Position numbers and translations under genes: made by a program. The notes under the pieces were generated by a model. The model had not been told where the DNA came from. It worked only from the letters and a program-made list of their open reading frames with translations, and ran no database searches. DNA of 57,298 bases, filler included, from Sphacelaria rigidula (lineage: Eukaryota), in NCBI GenBank assembly GCA_964200075.2. It is 5 parts of 5 records of this genome, joined end to end, with 100 filler letters (N's around TTAATTAATTAA, not from the genome) between each part and the next. Parts side by side here need not be neighbours in the genome. Positions count along the whole stretch, not along the records: positions 45,922 to 57,298 come from CAXNAA020004999.1; 4 more parts are not named here. One strand, 5' to 3'. This document shows, one piece after another, positions 51,208 to 57,298 of the stretch. Each line of letters starts with the position of its first letter. Positions within the stretch are counted from its first letter, which is position 1.

Positions 51208-53044
51208 ATATTGTTTGATTTGATTGACTTGGCCGCCCCCTTGGGACACAGCGTTTTGGACCATGCATCTCCACTAGCAAAGCACAAGTTAGCCTGTACG
51301 CCAATAATACAAGAGTATCTACGCCATCATGGACTGCTATCTCAGAGGATTCTCTGGTCTTCACAAATATTGTGTTTGGGCCTACTAGCCCCGGTGCCCA
51401 CTGAACTGGCATCTTCCTACCCAGGTCGTAAGTACCGTACCATGACATGGTGTCCAACCCTTGCTTGTGTAGAGTCAGCACTGGCACGCTCCAACCACAA
51501 ACCTTCGGAGGAGAGGGTTTTGCTGGTGTGTGGGTCGAATCAGGTAAAATATTACTTATTTTATATAGAGTAAATAGTGTGTCTGTTCACAAATTGTAGT
51601 GTCCACAGCGTATCTTACCTGCAACATAATTCAGCATGTAGTAGACAGTGCTTTTGAAGTTCACGGCTTTGTGTCACTGGGATGTTTGGAGAGCACGTAC
51701 AGTGTACTATGAGAGCATGCACAGTGTACTATGATGGAATGCTGCTTCGGCTCTTCGCACTCTTTTGTTCTGTCTACCTACCATACGCACGTTGAGCATA
51801 AATAGTTGAGCGTGGGCTATGTAGTTTGTTTTGCCCCGTGGGTGCCCTGTGCTCCGTACCCGCCGCAATGCCCTTCGTTACATGCAACCCACGCAGCGCG
51901 CCACCAACGGCTTCATGCACGACCTCATTCGGGATGGTACATCGGCACGCCACTGCAGACGTTCAAAGCAAAAGTGAAACAACCTAATCAAAACAATCGA
52001 CAAAGGCATAAAGGTCGAACGAGATCGCACGAGTCAACGAACCAGAGGGCCTACAACTACGTCGGACATCAAGTTCTAGACAGCTCCGGAAGCTGTGCAG
52101 CCGCGTTGTTGTTATCCGTTGTCGTGGCTGTTCGTTGTTTGTTTGCTGCGGTTCGTTGTTGTCCTTTGTTTCTGTTACTGTGCTGCTGCTACCGTCTGTG
52201 GCTGTTCGTTGTTTGTTTTCTGGTGGTGGCGTTGCTTCTGCCTGTTATCGTCTGCTGTTGTTACGGCCGCTACGGTCGCTGCTGCTTTGCTGTCTTGCTG
52301 TCGCTTTTGGCGATACTATAAACTTTCATGTTGCTGCGGCTGTTACCCTGCTGTGTGGTTACTATTCCGCCTAAAGAACAACGCAATTTTGTTCTGCTGC
52401 TCGGCGGCTACTGTCCCGATTTTGTTTTGCTGCTCTGCGGGTACTGTCCCGCCTGAGGCGTTGCGATTTTTGACTTCACCGCCCATGGGTAGTTGTACCC
52501 TGCTGGCTATCGCACTGCCTGTTTAGCCCTCATGTGCGCGTAATGCCTCTTACACCAGCATGTAAAGTCACGGGTAGTTTCCCCACTCGCGTAGTTTCCC
52601 ACTCTGCTGCTTGTACGGTGCCCCACTTTGACCACATGAGCTTTTACCGATAAACGATTGTCATCACCATATGTGCCTAAATTGTTACACCGAGGTCCCC
52701 ACGCATCTGTTCCCCTGCAATGCACCTCTTCGTGGTGATGAGACGTTGTTCGCTGTTGTGGCCTACCCGCACAGTATAGTGGCTTTCCCTGCATCGCGTC
52801 ACCATCATCCCGCTTGGTCGGGATCACACATGTTACTAATTGTGTGTACGGGTTGGTCGGTAATTTAAAATTTCGTTTTAAAGCCGCTCTGCCCGTACTG
52901 TTCATTACTACGGTTGCTTGGATTGACGACAACCCTTCGATAACCAATCTTGAAGGACCGATCCTTCTCGACAACAATCACGTCGGGGCGTTTCGGGACA
53001 TCAGGCTCCAGACAGCTGTGGAAGCTGTGCAGCCGTGCTGTTGT

Positions 53045-53089
53045 CTGCTGCTGCTGTTGCTGTTTGCTGCTGCTGCTGCTATGTTGTTG

Positions 53090-53133
<44 letters not shown>

Positions 53134-53137
53134 ATGT

Positions 53138-53169
<32 letters not shown>

Positions 53170-53181
53170 TGCTACTGCTAC

Positions 53182-53238
<57 letters not shown>

Positions 53239-53365
53239 ATGTTCCTGCTGCCGCTGTTGTATGTTGTTGATTGTTGTTGTTGTCGTTGTTGTTGTATGTT
53301 GTTGCTGCTGCCTATTACGACTGTTGCTGTTGCTGTTGTTGTTGTATGTTGTTCCTGCTGCTGCT
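53045..53365. repeat. Compound (CTG)n/(TTG)n microsatellite
   Basis: Alternating trinucleotide runs; the source of the spurious poly-L/C/V/A ORFs. Confidence 0.95.
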
Positions 53366-54929
53366 GTCTCCACCGTGCTTCCTGCTACCCTGGTTGGTTG
53401 TTTTTGTCCCGCTTGTGTTGTTTTTGCCTCTACCGCCTACTGTCGGCTGTACTTTTCTTGCTCACTATCACATCGTATGTTGTCATATGCACGTGCATTT
53501 TCCGCCCTCATGTTCTTCATAACCTTGCTTCGATCTCTGATCGCACAGTTTTTATTTTGTCATTGTTGCGTGCATTGTATGACGTTCGCCTGATCTACAC
53601 CTGGTCAGCCATAATATCATCGCTGTACCCAACCAGCAATGATCGTGTTCTAGATATTCCCTATGTTATCCCGGTAGTTTTATTGCAAAACAACCCACCA
53701 TGATCAGTATGCACTTTGTTTCCGGGGTTGCATTTTTATTGTGGCTATGCGGATTTGTGGAATGCACATGCAGTACATTTTCCATTTTATGTCGATCTTG
53801 TTTGCTTTTCTTTCATCTTACATACTAATAGTGTTTGCATCTCCGGTTGTCGCGTCTACCACAATTGCCTTTTGAGCCCCTCGATTGTATTTTGAATGCT
53901 GGATAATTTTGCGCTGCCTGTACTCATCATGCTTGAGCAGGATTCCGCGGGTAATCGTTTCATCCATCTGGTTCGCAAGGCCGAAACGCCGAATTTACCA
54001 CCCGGCACACGACATTTCGATCTGCGTCACGTGGTATAAAACCGAATCATATTTTCATGTACCCCAAGACTTCCAACGTAAACTAACCACGCCCTCTATT
54101 ACTTCCGCCCCTGTTTCACCCACACTCTTGTCCTGGGTGTTCGCATCCCGCTGAGGGAACCGGCGCTAAACGTCATTGCGTTGGGGAGGACACGCAGGAA
54201 ACACTGAACGGTTTGCCAATGACGGTATGTTCCCGCGTGGAGTGTCTGCAATTTGGTTTGGTTTAGCTGATACCGGGTACCTTTTTATGGAGTGTCCGCA
54301 ATTTAGTTTGGTTTAGCTAATCCCGGGTACCTTTTCATTGCATTCTGGTAGCAGGGTCATTACCTTGGTGCCACCAAGTAGGATCCCCATTTTATCCCAC
54401 ACTGGTGATCGATTGTATGGTTTGCTATTCACCAGGTTGACTTCTTGACGCATCCTGTACCGTAGTTGGATACTACCTTGTTCCTTCGCGGTACCGTAGT
54501 TGAATAATACATTGTTCAGTTGCTTCAAACGTGGTTTTCGATATCATGCTGCCACTCATCTTCACGTGGATTGCCTTGTCATTACGTATTCAGTACGCAG
54601 ACGTACGTAGTTTCCCTATTTTGCCTTTTTGCTCTTCATGCCCAGCCTACCATGCAAGTTGACTGCGCGACTATATATTTTTCTGACGGTCCTTACAGGC
54701 CCTACGTATAGTTTTTAGACACTTGTGCCGCTGACGTGGTCGCTGGACCCCCTTGGGGGGGGCGAAGCACGACTTCAATATTTTTTGCGGGTTGTTGTCT
54801 CGCGTGCACACCCTTTGCCACAAAACAACGCGGTTTCCCACCATGAGAACGCTGTATGATTGGAAAAGAAATGCACAAGCTTCTCGACCGAGGTGTTGCT
54901 CACCCAACGCTCCCCGGCAAAGTTTGTCG

Positions 54930-55189
54930 ACTACACGATTTTGCGTTCAGTAAAATTCGCCAAGTTCGCCCAATATATCTTTACTGCAGGGTCTCACAGG
55001 TTCCTTAGCCTGTTGATCGATAATACCGGCATACAACCAACCCCCTCCAAATGCAACGCAATTACTCAGACGCCACGTCCATACAATCGAAAAACTCCGT
55101 TCGTTTCTGAAACCACCAGGTACCTTGGACAGTTTGTCCAGGAGCGTAGCATTCTAGTCGCCCTGCTGACCGATATTCTAAATAAGTAG
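54930..55189 (+). pseudogene. Decayed Ty3/Gypsy reverse transcriptase thumb/connection fragment
   Basis: FLSLLIDNTGIQPTPSKCNAITQTPRP...RYLGQFVQERSILVALLTDIL resembles FLG..I...GI.P.P.K..AI...P.P....Y...F....S..A.PLT.LL. Confidence 0.7.
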
Positions 55190-55719
55190 GAAAGCCAACA
55201 GTATTGATGCACGATGTAGGTAAACGCGCGCTCTCCTCATGCTGTCAAACTCTTGTGCCGTATAACTGCAGCAAGACTTCACCACCACAATCCGGTCGTC
55301 TCATGGTGGCTCAGCTAGGATATGACATACGAGCTAGACTCTTGCACAATGAGCATCAATGCGTGTGAGGGCATGTTTGTTGTCATTTCTGTGCTTTGTT
55401 TCGGTATATTTAGTACAACGTACCTCATTCTTATAATTTTACTCAGCATGCCTTGCCTATTATATTTTCGCCATTATTATGTCTACGGTTTCACAGGATT
55501 CGAGAACCGAGGGGGACGGCTGCTGAAGAGGTTACATAATTGTACAGATCTTGGGCTAGAGATGGTACGTTTCACGCACACTCTTACTACATTGCCTGTA
55601 TCTGTCACCATGTTGGATTGTCGAGAACCCTACGTTGTTTCAGGCACCCACGGGTGGGGAAAAGGGAAAGACTTCAAGGGGGGGGGGGGTGTACCCATCT
55701 GTTTCGAGCATTCAAGTAA

Positions 55720-56200
55720 TTCCCCTCGCTGCTGTAATCTGCACTGTTCCCCAACTCCTTCACCAACTTCACTTCATCCAAGTAGTGTTTGAGCTGTTGC
55801 ACTCTGTACTGTTTTCATCTTCACTATTTTTATTGCATCCAAGTATTCTTTTTTTTGCTGCCATTTGCACAGTTTCCGCATCAAAGTATTCTCTTAGCTG
55901 CGGCCAGCTGCACTGTTTCCAGTTGTTTCATTATTTTCATCCCTCGCTTTGCCATGCCTCATGCTTGTATCAGGTCATCGAAGTTTTCCTCGGTTAGAGA
56001 GGGTGATAACGTACATCCTGGTGCGACTCCTTCAAAAATATCAAAATATTTCGATATTTTCCTGTCTAGCACCGTCGCAATTTTGACAGATTTCTTTCGT
56101 CTTAATCGTCCACACCTTTCCCTTGATCACAGTTCCTCATATATTTTCCCACAACCCATTGCTCCATACTGCGTCATGAGCCTTTTGCACCTGTATCACC
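55720..56200 (-). pseudogene. Decayed non-LTR (LINE) reverse transcriptase fragments
   Basis: Minus strand SKYFDIFEGVAPGCTLSP (the GV.QG..LSP motif) followed by repeated LETVQ.AA.K.IL segments. Confidence 0.65.
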
Positions 56201-57298
56201 CCACAGTTTCTTCGACCCCGCCATCGCACTCGAAGCACCCCGCTTCCCCACGTAGTGATGCCTTGAAGCTTTTGCCACAGGTGTACCTCCTGGAAAGGCT
56301 ACATCAGTGCCGAGTTGAAGCACCACGTGTATGATTATGGGAATTTCTTTCGGCGAGTACGATACGAAGATGGAGATTGGAAACAGCCATCTCGCTTGGA
56401 AGTTTAGCGCCCCGAGCTGAAACGGAGGAGCCAAAGAATAGACTGCAGCCATGGACGTGTACGAATGGCTGTTGTGTGATGGGATACACGATATCATTGC
56501 GAGAGGAATACGGTGCTAAAATAAGTGAATGTGTAACTATATATTGCTATTACCGTACGCTTCAGTCATGAATTTCGAGTTTTCCTTGTCTTTTTCTTGT
56601 GCCGCTTTGTTATCGATTGCTTCCCATTTGGTGATATGCGGGCACATGTGTAAGCCAAGGCGCGTAGGCTCTATTTCCAGTAGAAAAGGTATCGGTAGTT
56701 ACAGAAGAGCACCCCTCAAAAGCTGCACTCCTGTAACTATTGATCAGTTCGCGGAAAGGTTGTTTTTAGCGAGGTCTAAGCCCCGCACTACCCTAGAATC
56801 CAGTCTAACTGATCCAGGGTGTCGACGCGCGATCACGCTAACTAGCCGATCGTTCTCCAGTCTAACTGAGATCCCAGGAAAACGACAGCGACCGTTTTTG
56901 TCTGCTGTTTCTGTCGTTGAAAAGGGCGTTATAGATTTTTTTTCCTTTCCTGACGGATGGAGTTTTCCCCTGCTTATCAGGGTTTACCCATTCATTAGAT
57001 CTGCAACGAGTTTTCCCCTGTACTATAATTCAGCAGGTTTTTCTCGTTTTACTTTCAGGCGTATAATGCACAGGCTTTGTTTTTGTTCTGGCCCTTCCAG
57101 CCCTCCAAAAAAATTGTGTGTAGCCATATAAATATGGCTAGAGGAATGTTACAAATTTATTGGTCATGTTCCAGTCAACTGGGTTCCATTTGTCATACTT
57201 TGTCATGCTTGGTACCTGATGGGTCATACAAGGGGCCCTACAGACTGGAAAACGGTGTTCACCCCCCCAATTTCCCGAAAACCTCATTCTGGGCGACC

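Noticed and set aside
51806-53703. Long Leu/Cys/Val/Ala-rich membrane-protein ORFs
   Set aside because: Translations of CTG/TTG microsatellites and low-complexity DNA

Overview
Eukaryotic, intron-rich and repeat-rich DNA, most consistent with a brown alga (Phaeophyceae); this is inferred from short exons, long repeat-filled introns and the splice signals. The window is not one locus. It is five unrelated ~11.4-kb contigs (11381, 11381, 11380, 11379 and 11377 bp) joined by artificial 100-bp N44-TTAATTAATTAA-N44 linkers. Contig 1 holds a decayed Ty3/Gypsy-like LTR retrotransposon and a tRNA-derived SINE. Contig 2 holds the last four exons of phenylalanyl-tRNA synthetase beta. Contig 3 holds exon 1 of the TOR subunit LST8 and nested MITEs. 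Contig 4 holds a head-to-head pair of probably secreted multi-exon genes. One has a MYRF/phage-tail-like intramolecular chaperone (Peptidase S74-like) domain that seems to lack the catalytic Ser-Lys dyad, followed by coiled coil; the other has an acidic region and a CCNxSCGxC Cys module. Contig 5 holds an intron-containing piggyBac transposase pseudogene with a hAT MITE in one intron, plus decayed Gypsy and LINE fragments. Gene models were spliced by eye and no database searches were run.
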